32,000 bases of DNA from Candidatus Saccharimonadota bacterium (GTDB lineage: Bacteria; Patescibacteriota; Gracilibacteria; UBA4473). Each line of letters opens with the position of its first letter. Position 1 is the first letter of the stretch. The DNA lies in contig OY781871.1 in assembly GCA_963677105.1 (NCBI GenBank), positions 690,001 to 722,000 of the forward strand, given 5' to 3'. A program made the position numbers and the translations under genes. Of the stretch, positions 16,183 through 25,249 are shown piece by piece. The notes under the pieces were generated by a model. It was not told where the DNA came from. It ran no database searches and saw only the letters and a list, made by a program, of their open reading frames with translations.

Positions 16183-16203
16183 TATCAAAGATCAAAGATC
16201 AAA
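16183..16203 (+). repeat. Heptamer array x3
   Basis: Units are tatcaaa gatcaaa gatcaaa. The preceding gcttaaaatatcaaa is identical to 6452-6465. It lies between the miaB stop and its terminator hairpin, antisense to miaB. Confidence 0.7.
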
Positions 16204-16213
16204 TAATTTTAAT

Positions 16214-17548
16214 TTATTCTTTGTTATCTGAACTTTGAATTACTACTGTTCCATTTAAAACAAATCCGTCTTGATCCGTAACTTTCACATTAGCGATTTC
16301 TCCAGTCATATTTCTTCCACACGTGCAATATACTTCCAAATATTCCAAACTTCGTCCACCACAACGCCACGTTCCATCTTTTTCTTGTGTCGCTTGCTCA
16401 AATAAAACTTCAACTTCTTTTCCAATAAATTCAGCACGACGGGCGAGTGCATGTTTTTTCACCACTTCATCAAATCGACGAAATCGATCTTTTTTATCTT
16501 CCATAGAAACTTGGTCTTCTCGTTCTGCAGCAGGAGTTCCTTTTCGTGGAGAGAAAATTGCTGTGTAGGAAAAATCGAATTTCATGCGTTCTCCAAATGT
16601 GAGTAATTGTTTCACATCTTCTTCTGTTTCCCCAGGGAATCCCACAATAATATCTGTAGCAATTCCGCAATGAGGAATTTGTTGTCGTATTTTTTTCGCG
16701 ATTTCTTCAAACTCTGCGGATGTATAATTGCGTTGCATTTCTTTCAAAATTTTATCACTTCCGTGTTGCGCTGGAAGATGTACATACGGACAAAGGGTTT
16801 CACATTCTGCAATAGCATCGATTACATCATCTTTAAAGTCTTGTGGATGAGGAGAAGTAAATCGAATGCGTTGTAATCCAAATTTTGAAAGTTTATCTAC
16901 TTCACGAAGTAATTCTGCAAAACATTTTTTCCCCTTGTAAGTATAAGAGTTTACGTTTTGCCCAAGAAGCGTTATTTCAAGAGCTCCATTTTTCACCAAT
17001 AATTCACATTCATTTAGAATTTCCCGCATTGGGCGAGAGATTTCTCGTCCGCGAGTATGAGGAACGATGCAGTAAGCACAAAACTTATTACATCCTTGCA
17101 TAATGGGAACAAAGACTTGTTTGTCATTCTGTACGTGAGGAGATATATCAAAATAGTTTTGAATTTCTTCAGCAAAATCTACCTTTCCTGGAAAAAATTC
17201 TTCCATGATTTTTGGTAATTTCCCCAAATCTTCTATACGAAAAACGAAATCAACGGTACCAAGTTTCAAGATTTTATCATTCGATGTTGCGCGTGATCCA
17301 GTTTTTCTCACCATACAACCAGTCACTCCAATACGAATCTTTGGAACGAGTTTTTTTAATTTTCGCATTGCGCCCACAGCTTTGTCTTCTGATTTTTGAC
17401 GAACACTACACGTATTAAAAATAACCAAATCCGCATCTTTTGCTTCATCAATTTTTTTCCAACCAGTGCGTTCTAAGAGTCCAATAATTCTTTCTGAATC
17501 AGAGTAGTTCATCTGACAACCGAATGTTTCAATACAAAACTTTAACAT
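16214..17548 (-). CDS. miaB: tRNA methylthiotransferase, MiaB family (radical SAM)
   Basis: MLKFCIETFGCQMNYSDSE N-domain, a radical-SAM CNKFCAYC cluster motif and a C-terminal TRAM-like domain. I prefer the Met at 17548; the track's 24-aa upstream extension runs into a heptamer array. Confidence 0.85.
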   Translation of the reverse strand: MLKFCIETFGCQMNYSDSERIIGLLERTGWKKIDEAKDADLVIFNTCSVRQKSEDKAVGAMRKLKKLVPKIRIGVTGCMVRKTGSRATSNDKILKLGTVDFVFRIEDLGKLPKIMEEFFPGKVDFAEEIQNYFDISPHVQNDKQVFVPIMQGCNKFCAYCIVPHTRGREISRPMREILNECELLVKNGALEITLLGQNVNSYTYKGKKCFAELLREVDKLSKFGLQRIRFTSPHPQDFKDDVIDAIAECETLCPYVHLPAQHGSDKILKEMQRNYTSAEFEEIAKKIRQQIPHCGIATDIIVGFPGETEEDVKQLLTFGERMKFDFSYTAIFSPRKGTPAAEREDQVSMEDKKDRFRRFDEVVKKHALARRAEFIGKEVEVLFEQATQEKDGTWRCGGRSLEYLEVYCTCGRNMTGEIANVKVTDQDGFVLNGTVVIQSSDNKE

Positions 17549-17600
17549 CGGGGAGAGTGTGCCATTTTTCTCACAAAATTCAACAATATAAAAGGTAAAA

Positions 17601-17636
17601 CTACAAACTTCAAATAACAAACTATAAATATGGAAA
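17601..17636 (+). repeat. Heptamer array x4 plus TATGGAAA tail
   Basis: Units are ctacaaa cttcaaa taacaaa ctataaa, then tatggaaa. Lies upstream of miaB, which is on the minus strand. Confidence 0.8.
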
Positions 17637-17647
17637 TTTTATTAAAT

Positions 17648-17672
17648 AAAAAAGACGCCGAAGCGTCTTTTT
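17648..17672. terminator. Bidirectional intrinsic terminator
   Basis: AAAGACGC (17651-17658), loop cgaa, GCGTCTTT (17663-17670), flanked by A- and T-runs. Terminates the minus-strand gene 17695..18174. Confidence 0.8.
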
Positions 17673-17694
17673 ACAATTCATATTTAGTGAGAGA

Positions 17695-18174
17695 CTATCG
17701 TCCCCAACGTTCTAATTTATACAAACCACTGCGCTCACCTGATAATTGATTTTTTCGTCCACGCATATTTCCTCGAGTTTCAGATTTTACTGCTTGTGCG
17801 CGAGTTGGTTCAAATTTTTTGTAAGATTTTTCATATCCATCAGTTGCACGGTATGCATCTTTCAAACAATTTTTCCAGTGAAAACAATTTCGTCCGAATA
17901 CAACTCCTGGTTTTTTCACTTCTTCAATAATATTTTCTTTGTACGTTTTGTTTACCAAATCTTTATTACAGTATTGCATTGGTTTGTGATCCATTGAACG
18001 AATTCCACTATCGCCACGACGTCCCTTTTGGAACATTTGGTAATCCTCAAGAGTGTTCATGTCTTGAACTTGTGCGAAATACACAGAGAGAGATGCAGTT
18101 TCGTTATTTTCTGCGGGAGTAGCAAATGCGAAAGCTGGCAAAATAGCTACGGCAAGGGTGAAAAGTTTTTTCAT
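17695..18174 (-). CDS. Secreted hypothetical protein
   Basis: I prefer the Met at 18174. MKKLFTLAVAILPAFAFATPAEN is a typical signal peptide. Four Cys and a basic C-terminus. I recognise no family. Confidence 0.65.
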   Translation of the reverse strand: MKKLFTLAVAILPAFAFATPAENNETASLSVYFAQVQDMNTLEDYQMFQKGRRGDSGIRSMDHKPMQYCNKDLVNKTYKENIIEEVKKPGVVFGRNCFHWKNCLKDAYRATDGYEKSYKKFEPTRAQAVKSETRGNMRGRKNQLSGERSGLYKLERWGR

Positions 18175-18266
18175 AGTAAAAGAGTTAAAATTCAAACAGA
18201 TATTGCTATTTTTTCTTGTTTTGTCAAGAATTTTATTGTGAGCATTATTCTGTTACTATTCCGCAG

Positions 18267-19658
18267 ATGATTTTAAACGATACAGTTTTCAGAGCATATG
18301 ATATTCGCGGAGAAGCATTTGTTGATTTTGATGAAGATGGGATGTTTGTTTTGGCTCAAGGATTTGGACAATATTTATGTGAAAAATTGAATACAAATAA
18401 TGCGAATCAACGACTTCGAGTATTAGTTACCGGAGATGGACGACAATCTCAAACAGAATTTGTTCCGGCGATTGAAGCAGGATTAGAAGCAGCTGGCTGT
18501 GATGTTGTTTGGGGAGGAACGGTTCCAACTCCGGTAAATTTCTTTGCCTTTCGAGATCGAGATTTTGATGGAGCAATTCAGTTATCAGCAAGTCATAATC
18601 CAGCAAGTCATAATGGATTAAAATTAACAGATCGTTTGGGAGCAGTGTGTGGTTCAGAAATTCAGAAAATTAAGAAAATTTGTCATTTGCTTGCATCAAC
18701 AACGAAAAAAGGAGTTGTTGAAAGAGAAGATATAGAGGAAGAAATTTTGAAAACATATACACAAAAAATAGAAAAATCAGTAATTCCACATAAAGGAAAA
18801 TCACTTATAATTGATGCCGGAAATGGTGTTTCTGGAATGGTATATCCAGAAATTTATCGTTCACGGGGACATCATGTAGACGAATTATTTTGTGATTTAG
18901 ATACGACATTTCCAAATCATCAACCAGATCCAGAGCGACCAGAAAATTTGCAACATCTTATTTCTCGAGTGAAAGAAGTGGGAGCAGAGTTTGGACTTGC
19001 GTTTGATGGAGATGGAGATCGTTTGGGAGTGGTTTTATCAGACGGAACAATTCTTAATGCGGACAAAATATTATTTGTTCTTGCAGCAGATTTTCTTTCT
19101 CGTAATCCAGGAGCAATAATTATTGTTGATGCTATGAGCTCAGCTACACTTACAGAAAAAATTCGAGAAATTGGAGGAATTGTTATTCGATCAAAAACAG
19201 GTCATTCGTTTATTGAGGAAGCGATGCACGAAAATGATTCTCAATTAGGAGGAGAACAATCAGGACACTTTATGTTGGGAGAAAATTTTTATGGACATGA
19301 TGATGCGTGTTTAGCAGGATTACGATTTCTTGCCGCACTTGAAAAATTTCCAGCATTATTGACAGAAGTGACTATTAAATGGCCAGATCTATTAGAATTT
19401 TCTGAAAAAATACATGTATCTGATGATAAAAAATTTACTGTTTTAGAGCGAGTAAAAGAGGAGTTATTGAAAGATTTTCCACAAGCAGAAACCATAGACG
19501 GAGTTCGAATAGATTGGACAGATGGAGAATGGGCAATTATTCGTTGTTCGAATACTTCTCCCAAGATTGCTGTGCGAATTGAGGCGCGAGATGAAAAAAG
19601 TTTAGAAGAAAAAAGGAAATTATTTGTAGGATTGTTAGAGCAGTTCACGGAGAAATAA
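18267..19658 (+). CDS. Alpha-D-phosphohexomutase (phosphomannomutase/phosphoglucomutase family)
   Basis: Catalytic loop SASHNPASHNGLK, metal loop FDGDGDRLGVV and sugar loop GGEQSGHFM. I prefer the ATG at 18267 (MILNDTVFRAYDIRG) to the track start at 18216. Confidence 0.9.
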   Translation: MILNDTVFRAYDIRGEAFVDFDEDGMFVLAQGFGQYLCEKLNTNNANQRLRVLVTGDGRQSQTEFVPAIEAGLEAAGCDVVWGGTVPTPVNFFAFRDRDFDGAIQLSASHNPASHNGLKLTDRLGAVCGSEIQKIKKICHLLASTTKKGVVEREDIEEEILKTYTQKIEKSVIPHKGKSLIIDAGNGVSGMVYPEIYRSRGHHVDELFCDLDTTFPNHQPDPERPENLQHLISRVKEVGAEFGLAFDGDGDRLGVVLSDGTILNADKILFVLAADFLSRNPGAIIIVDAMSSATLTEKIREIGGIVIRSKTGHSFIEEAMHENDSQLGGEQSGHFMLGENFYGHDDACLAGLRFLAALEKFPALLTEVTIKWPDLLEFSEKIHVSDDKKFTVLERVKEELLKDFPQAETIDGVRIDWTDGEWAIIRCSNTSPKIAVRIEARDEKSLEEKRKLFVGLLEQFTEK

Positions 19659-19744
19659 TAGCTTTCGTTTTACAGAATGAGAGATTTTGTGTAGTATATA
19701 TTGATGTATTTTTATATTCATCCATTTTATCACAGTTTCATTTT

Positions 19745-20470
19745 ATGGAGTTAAAAATAATGAGTTTAAATTGTTGGCTTATGCCAAAACCTTTATCAAT
19801 AAAGGAGAAACAAAGGTTGTCTCAAATAATTTCGGTAATAAGAGAAAACAATCCAGATGTAATTGCATTGCAAGAAGTGTGGCTTAGTAAATATGCGAAA
19901 GAAATAGAGAGACAATTAAAAGAGTATACTTTTACTATGTCAGGTTCTTTTTTCTACAATAAAAGTGGACTGGTGACAGGAGTGAAAAAAAGTAATGATA
20001 TAGAGATCAATTATTTTCCCTTTACAAAGAAACACAGTTTGGTAGAAAGAGTTGCTCGGAAGGGATATCATTCAGTGAAATTATCAAATGATTTATTTTT
20101 TGTTAATACTCATTTATATACTCAAACAAATGATGCAGAAAAAGCGATTACGGCATCACAGTTTCGTTTGATTCAAAAATTGATGCCTACAAAACAAGTA
20201 ATTGTGGCAGGCGATTTGAATTTAAATGAAAGAGAATTAAACAAGTTCAATATAAGATTTGATTATGATACATCGTATGGTTTGACTATTTCTAGTTCGA
20301 ATTATTTAACACAAGCAAGATGTAATAAGTTTCTTAAACAAGACTTAAAAATAGATTATTTACTTGCTACAAAAGAGAAAACAGCATCGCTTGTAACCAA
20401 ATGTATAACAAAGCCAATTGTATCAGATCATTATATGTTGCTTTCAAGTATTAAAATAAAAGCGTCTTAA
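19745..20470 (+). CDS. Endonuclease/exonuclease/phosphatase (EEP) family protein
   Basis: SLNCW, DVIALQEVW, VNTHL, AGDLNL and SDHYML are the ordered EEP catalytic motifs. By eye the gene is more AT-rich than its neighbours. Confidence 0.75.
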   Translation: MELKIMSLNCWLMPKPLSIKEKQRLSQIISVIRENNPDVIALQEVWLSKYAKEIERQLKEYTFTMSGSFFYNKSGLVTGVKKSNDIEINYFPFTKKHSLVERVARKGYHSVKLSNDLFFVNTHLYTQTNDAEKAITASQFRLIQKLMPTKQVIVAGDLNLNERELNKFNIRFDYDTSYGLTISSSNYLTQARCNKFLKQDLKIDYLLATKEKTASLVTKCITKPIVSDHYMLLSSIKIKAS

Positions 20471-20478
20471 TACTCAAA

Positions 20479-20506
20479 TAAAAACCCCACTTGCGCGGGG
20501 TTTTAT
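20479..20506. terminator. Bidirectional intrinsic terminator
   Basis: AAAACCCC (20481-20488) pairs with GGGGTTTT (20497-20504). Sits between the convergent EEP gene and fusA. Confidence 0.75.
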
Positions 20507-20529
20507 CATTACAATATTTTGTGAAATAA

Positions 20530-22608
20530 TTATGCGTTTCGATCTGCAATAATTTTTTCTGCAACGTTGTTTGGAACTTTTGCATAATTTCCAAATTCCA
20601 TTGTGAAGCTTGCTCGTCCTTGAGTAAGTGATCGAAGCTCAGTTGCATATCCAAACATTTCTCCAAGAGGAATTTTTGATTTAATGTATTTGTTCAAACC
20701 ACGATCTCCTTGTTCTTGAATAATTCCACGTTTTGATGAAACATTTCCCATTACATCTCCGAGATAATCTTCTGGAGTAATAACTTCTACGTTCATCATT
20801 GGCTCAATAATTGCTGGTCCAGCTTTCTTTCCCCCTTCTTTGAAAGCATTTGCTGCAGCGATTTTAAATGCCAATTCAGAAGAATCCACATCGTGGTATT
20901 TACCATCGATTAGTTCTACCTCAACATCAACCACTTGATATCCAGCAAGAATACCTCGTGTAACAGCTTCTTTAAATCCTTTTTCACATCCTGGGATATA
21001 TTCATTTGGAATAGAAGCTCCTTTAATTGAGTTGATAAAGTTAAATCCAGATCCAGGTTCTCCTGGACGAATTTTACAGATAACGTGTCCAAATTGTCCT
21101 CGTCCACCTGATTGTTTTTTGTGAACATATTCTGCAGTAACTTCCTGAGTAATTGTTTCTCGGTACGCAACTTGCGGCTCTCCAATATTTGCCTCAACGC
21201 CAAATTCACGTTTCATTCTGTCTACAAGAACATCCAAGTGAAGTTCTCCCATTCCGGCAATAATCGTTTGGTTTGTTTCTTCATCAGTCCAGATTTTGAA
21301 AGTAGGATCTTCTTCAGCAAGTTTTTGCAAAGCAAGTCCCATTTTCTCTTGATCTGCTTTTGTTTTCGGTTCAATAGAAATATTAATAACTGGTTCAGGG
21401 AATTCCATTGACTCAAGAGCGAAGTTCGCTTTTTCATCAGCCAAAGTATCTCCTGTTTTTGTAGATTTTAATCCAACAACCGCTCCAATATGTCCTGCTT
21501 GAATTTCAGAAATTTCTTCACGAGTATTCGCGTGCATTTGAAGTAATCGTCCGATTCGTTCCTTTTGCCCAGAAATAGTATTCAAAACATATGATCCTGA
21601 TTTTAAAGTTCCTGTATAAACACGTACAAATGTAAGCCGTCCAACATATGGATCAGTTGCAATTTTAAATGCAAGAACAGCTAATGGACCGTCTTTTTTT
21701 GGAGGAAAATCAATTATTTTTTCTTCATCATCAATATCAGTTCCTTTTGCTGCAGGAATGTCTAATGGAGACGGCATAATTTCAATAACTTTATCAAGCA
21801 TTGGTTGTACTCCTTTATTTTTCAAAGCAGTTCCAGTCAATACAGCTACAAACTCTCCAGCAATAGTAGCTTTTCTCATTCCATCAATAATATCTTTTTC
21901 AGTAAGTTCTTCTCCAGCAAAATATTTTTCCATCAAAGCATCGTCAGTTCCTGCAACAGCTTCGATCATTTTTTCTCTCCATTTGGTTGCTTCTTCTACA
22001 TATTCAGCAGGAATTTCTCCAACAGTAAAATCTTTCCCCATGTCATCATTGAAAACAGTTGCTTCCATACGAATTAAATCAATAATTCCTTGAAAGTTGG
22101 ATTCCATTCCGATTGGGATTTGAATTGGGAAAGCGTTTTTTGTTAATCGTTCAACAATTGATTCATATGAACGCCAGAAAGATGCTCCAGTTCGATCAAG
22201 TTTATTGATGAAACACATTCGTGGAACGTTGTAGTTGTCTGCTTGTCGCCAAACAGTTTCAGATTGTGGTTCTACTCCAGCAACTCCGTCGAAGATACAA
22301 ACAGCTCCGTCAAGAACACGAAGTGATCGTTCAACTTCAACCGTAAAATCAACGTGACCAGGTGTATCGATAATATTAATTTGGCAATTTTTCCAGAAAC
22401 AAGTAGTCGCAGCTGAGGTAATAGTAATACCTCGTTCTTGCTCTTGCTCCATCCAATCCATAGTAGCCTCACCTTCGTGAACCTCTCCTATTTTGTGGGA
22501 TTTTCCTGTGTAATAGAGTACACGCTCTGTTACGGTAGTTTTCCCCGCATCAATGTGAGCGATAATTCCAATATTACGAACCTTGTCTAACGCTGCAATT
22601 TTGTTCAT
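20530..22608 (-). CDS. fusA: Elongation factor G
   Basis: I prefer the Met at 22608 ([25 protein letters not shown]). Has DTPGHVDF and the full five-domain length of 692 aa. The track's 38-aa extension is low-complexity. Confidence 0.96.
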   Translation of the reverse strand: MNKIAALDKVRNIGIIAHIDAGKTTVTERVLYYTGKSHKIGEVHEGEATMDWMEQEQERGITITSAATTCFWKNCQINIIDTPGHVDFTVEVERSLRVLDGAVCIFDGVAGVEPQSETVWRQADNYNVPRMCFINKLDRTGASFWRSYESIVERLTKNAFPIQIPIGMESNFQGIIDLIRMEATVFNDDMGKDFTVGEIPAEYVEEATKWREKMIEAVAGTDDALMEKYFAGEELTEKDIIDGMRKATIAGEFVAVLTGTALKNKGVQPMLDKVIEIMPSPLDIPAAKGTDIDDEEKIIDFPPKKDGPLAVLAFKIATDPYVGRLTFVRVYTGTLKSGSYVLNTISGQKERIGRLLQMHANTREEISEIQAGHIGAVVGLKSTKTGDTLADEKANFALESMEFPEPVINISIEPKTKADQEKMGLALQKLAEEDPTFKIWTDEETNQTIIAGMGELHLDVLVDRMKREFGVEANIGEPQVAYRETITQEVTAEYVHKKQSGGRGQFGHVICKIRPGEPGSGFNFINSIKGASIPNEYIPGCEKGFKEAVTRGILAGYQVVDVEVELIDGKYHDVDSSELAFKIAAANAFKEGGKKAGPAIIEPMMNVEVITPEDYLGDVMGNVSSKRGIIQEQGDRGLNKYIKSKIPLGEMFGYATELRSLTQGRASFTMEFGNYAKVPNNVAEKIIADRNA

Positions 22609-22634
22609 TTGTAAATGTTGTAAATTTCGGCGCG

Positions 22635-22662
22635 ATTGTAGGAAATACAGTAGAGTTGTCAA
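22635..22662 (-). promoter_or_regulatory. Sigma70-type promoter for fusA
   Basis: Reverse strand reads TTGACA (22662-22657), 16-nt spacer, TACAAT (22640-22635). Confidence 0.6.
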
Positions 22663-22684
22663 TTTTTTGATGAGGAAGTATAGT
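22656..22684 (+). promoter_or_regulatory. Divergent promoter for the pilin-like gene (near-leaderless)
   Basis: TTGTCA (22656-22661), 17-nt spacer, TATAGT (22679-22684). The ATG at 22692 is 7 nt after the -10 element. Its -35 element overlaps the fusA -35 on the other strand. Confidence 0.5.
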
Positions 22685-22691
22685 TTAACTG

Positions 22692-23114
22692 ATGAAAAAA
22701 ATACACTTGTTTCTTTATACATTTCTTATTTCTGTTCAAAATACTTTTGCTGAAGATTTAGGAGGAATTATTCCTTCAGGACAAGAAGATGATGCAGCAT
22801 TGAAGGCATTAGCAGATCGTGTAGAATTAGGACAAGTAGAAATAAAAGATGTTTTATTTTTTATAGTAAAATTGATTGATTTAGTTTCAGCATTAGCCGG
22901 AACATTGTGTGTGATCATGCTTTTGTATGGAGGATTTCAATACATGATGAGTGGATTAAATGATGACAAAGAGTCAGCGAAAAAAACATTGCGTTACGCT
23001 ATTACAGGATTGATTGTTACTTTTTTAGCATACCTTATTATTAATCTTATTTTTGCTCAGTTTACTGGTCAGGGAATGTCTTGGGATACAGCATGGAAGA
23101 CTCAGTCCATGTAA
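22692..23114 (+). CDS. TrbC/VirB2-like 'T4SS pilin' family small membrane protein
   Basis: 140 aa with a signal peptide and two TM helices. The [42 protein letters not shown] pattern is common in CPR pilin-like proteins (from memory). Confidence 0.65.
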   Translation: MKKIHLFLYTFLISVQNTFAEDLGGIIPSGQEDDAALKALADRVELGQVEIKDVLFFIVKLIDLVSALAGTLCVIMLLYGGFQYMMSGLNDDKESAKKTLRYAITGLIVTFLAYLIINLIFAQFTGQGMSWDTAWKTQSM

Positions 23115-23148
23115 TTCAAATTTCAAACTACAAACTACAAACTTCAAA
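23114..23148 (+). repeat. Heptamer array x5
   Basis: Units are attcaaa tttcaaa ctacaaa ctacaaa cttcaaa. Begins on the last base of the TAA stop (23112-23114). Confidence 0.85.
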
Positions 23149-23220
23149 ATGTCATTGAGATTCCGCTTTGTTGGAGAAGCAATCTTGAAGTTAAAAAGTA
23201 CAAACTTTCAATTTGTTTTC

Positions 23221-23248
23221 TTGACGATTTTCTCAAAAAAAATACACT
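23221..23248 (+). promoter_or_regulatory. Sigma70-type promoter giving a leaderless mRNA
   Basis: TTGACG (23221-23226), 16-nt spacer, TACACT (23243-23248). The ATG at 23256 is 7 nt after the -10 element. Confidence 0.5.
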
Positions 23249-23255
23249 CTTTGCG

Positions 23256-23705
23256 ATGGAAACGATTATTCAAAAGACACTTCGGACATTGCTCGATAAA
23301 TTTGGAGCAGAGTATTTATGTGTGACTGTTGCAGAAGATGCAGGTCATTATCGTGCAACAATAGAAACGGATAATGCTTCTCGGTTAATTGGACGAAGCG
23401 GACAAACATTAAACGCCTTACAGATTTTATTAAAAAATATTCTTTGGACACAAAATGGAGAAAAGGTTTTTGTTACGGTGGATGTTGATGGATATAGGAA
23501 AGAACAAGAAGAAAAAGTATTAGGAAAAGTAAAACACACAATTGAACTTATGAAAGAGAGAAATTTATCAGAAATAAAGTTACATCCAATGTCTCCTTAT
23601 TTTCGACGAGTTGTACATGTATGGATTTCAAATGAATATCCAGAATTAATGACAGAATCAATTGGACAAGGAGAAGGACGTGCAATTAAGGTCCTCTATA
23701 AGTAA
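23256..23705 (+). CDS. KH + R3H domain RNA-binding protein (Jag/KhpB-like, lacking the Jag N-domain)
   Basis: KH GxxG motif LIGRSGQTLNALQ and an R3H-type C-terminus (LHPMSPYFRRVVHVWIS). Confidence 0.8.
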   Translation: METIIQKTLRTLLDKFGAEYLCVTVAEDAGHYRATIETDNASRLIGRSGQTLNALQILLKNILWTQNGEKVFVTVDVDGYRKEQEEKVLGKVKHTIELMKERNLSEIKLHPMSPYFRRVVHVWISNEYPELMTESIGQGEGRAIKVLYK

Positions 23706-23707
23706 AA

Positions 23708-23743
23708 CTTCAATTTACAAATTACAAATTACAAATTTAGAAT
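23708..23743 (+). repeat. Heptamer array x4 plus TTTAGAAT tail
   Basis: Units are cttcaat ttacaaa ttacaaa ttacaaa, then tttagaat. Starts 3 nt after the TAA stop (23703-23705). Confidence 0.85.
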
Positions 23744-23820
23744 GAATGTTTGGTTCTGTATTTTTATTGCATTTTTCATGTACTCAGCTATATATTTATT
23801 GATTTTGAAATAGTATATTT

Positions 23821-25143
23821 ATGAAATTGCCTGAATTATTATTACCCGGGGGATCACTTGAAAAAGCGCGTGTCGCTTTTCGTTATGGAGCGGACGCAAT
23901 TTATATCGGATCGCCGATGTTTTCTTTGCGAACACGAGAAAATAAAACAACAGAAAATGATATTGCAACGATTGTAAAAGAGGCACATGAATTAAAGAAA
24001 AAGGTGTATGTGACGATTAACGCATTTCCGCATCAATCATCGATTCCAGTATTTCGAAAACATTTAGAACGTTTAAAAGAAATAAAACCAGACGGAATTA
24101 TTTTTGCTGATTGGGGAATTTGTGCAATGGCACGAGAAATTTGCCCAGAAATTCCACTACATCTTTCTGTTCAATCTTGCACGATGAACGAACCAGCAAT
24201 TCGTCAATGGCAAAAACTTGGAGTAGTTCGTTTAATTACGGCACGAGAAATGAGTGTTGCAGAAGTAAAACAAATTCATGATTTGATGCCCGATTTGGAA
24301 ATAGAATATTTTATTCATGGAAGTGTGTGTATGGCGTATTCTGGTCGCTGTATTATGTCGGCTTTTACTGGAGGAAGAGACGCAAATGCGGGAACATGTA
24401 ATCATACATGTCGCTGGAATTACAGAGTAAAAGATGAAGATGGAAATGAAGTTGAAATGGGACCACATGTAGCAAATTGCGTAGGATGTTCGGATGGAGA
24501 AACTCGTTCAATCGAGAGTTTTGAAAAAAATTGTTTGATCGAAGAAGAACAAAGAAAAGGAGAACATTTTCCTGTTGAAGAAGATTTTCATGGAACTCAT
24601 ATTATGAGTTCTCGTGACATGGCGATGATTGAGTTTTTACCACAAATCATTGATGCTGGAGTTTGTAGCTTAAAAGTAGAAGGACGAAATAAAACGGCAT
24701 ATTATGTTGCTACAGTTGCGCGCGCATATCGAAAAGCATTGGACAATATTGCACAAGGAAAAGAATTTGATTCTCAATTATGGAAAGAATTACAGGCGAG
24801 TGCGAATCGAGGATTTTTTCCTGGATTTTCTCAAGGGAAACCGCAAAAAGGAGATATCCAATATGAGGCGAATCGATCACATTCCACACATAAATTTATA
24901 GGATATGTTGTGTCATGGAAAAATGGACGAGCAGAAATTATTGTAAAAAATCGTATTGATAACGGAGACGAAGTAGAAGTGGTAATGCCAAATATAGATG
25001 ACGATTTTTCTTTCATTGCGAAAAATATGCAATTTGGAGAAAAGAACGTTGATTCGCTACACGGCGGAAATGGTAATGAAGTTGCGAGTATTGCTTGTGA
25101 AAAAGAGATTCCTCAGGGGGTTTTTTTGAGAAAAAAAGTCTAA
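23821..25143 (+). CDS. Peptidase U32 family protein
   Basis: MKLPELLLPGGSLEKARVAFRYGADAIYIG start and U32 signature EYFIHGSVCMAYSGRC, plus EGRNKTAYYVATV. Confidence 0.88.
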   Translation: MKLPELLLPGGSLEKARVAFRYGADAIYIGSPMFSLRTRENKTTENDIATIVKEAHELKKKVYVTINAFPHQSSIPVFRKHLERLKEIKPDGIIFADWGICAMAREICPEIPLHLSVQSCTMNEPAIRQWQKLGVVRLITAREMSVAEVKQIHDLMPDLEIEYFIHGSVCMAYSGRCIMSAFTGGRDANAGTCNHTCRWNYRVKDEDGNEVEMGPHVANCVGCSDGETRSIESFEKNCLIEEEQRKGEHFPVEEDFHGTHIMSSRDMAMIEFLPQIIDAGVCSLKVEGRNKTAYYVATVARAYRKALDNIAQGKEFDSQLWKELQASANRGFFPGFSQGKPQKGDIQYEANRSHSTHKFIGYVVSWKNGRAEIIVKNRIDNGDEVEVVMPNIDDDFSFIAKNMQFGEKNVDSLHGGNGNEVASIACEKEIPQGVFLRKKV

Positions 25144-25168
25144 TCGACCCAAAAATAAATTTTTGTGT

Positions 25169-25203
25169 TTCCAAATAACAAACTGGAAATACCAAAGTAG
25201 AAA
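25169..25203 (+). repeat. Heptamer array x5 (degenerate)
   Basis: Units are ttccaaa taacaaa ctggaaa taccaaa gtagaaa. Lies between the U32 stop and the terminator hairpin. Confidence 0.65.
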
Positions 25204-25212
25204 ACCGGAAAG

Positions 25213-25238
25213 GCGAAGCGGAAGCTTCGCTTTTTTTT
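25213..25238 (+). terminator. Intrinsic terminator
   Basis: GCGAAGC (25213-25219), loop GGAA, GCTTCGC (25224-25230), then T8. Confidence 0.85.
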
Positions 25239-25249
25239 GTGTATAAAAA

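Noticed and set aside
14089-17548. Radical-SAM enzyme plus multi-repeat peptide as a RiPP cluster (multi-core precursor)
   Set aside because: The radical-SAM protein has the complete housekeeping MiaB architecture (N-terminal MTTase domain, radical-SAM core, TRAM). A hairpin plus T-run terminator (16148-16178) separates it from the repeat gene. At 673 aa, the repeat protein is far larger than typical precursors.
22609-22722. N-terminal extensions in the ORF track (fusA to 22722, miaB to 17620, 9446 start, 18216 start, 6758 start, 18195 start, 5227 start)
   Set aside because: Conserved protein N-termini or signal peptides begin at internal Met codons. The extensions are low-complexity, overlap heptamer arrays or neighbouring genes, or use TTG where an ATGA-coupled ATG exists.
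23053-23325. ORF 23053..23325 (+) spanning the pilin-like/KhpB-like intergenic region
   Set aside because: It overlaps two better-supported genes. It stays open only because the heptamer array has no sense-frame stops.
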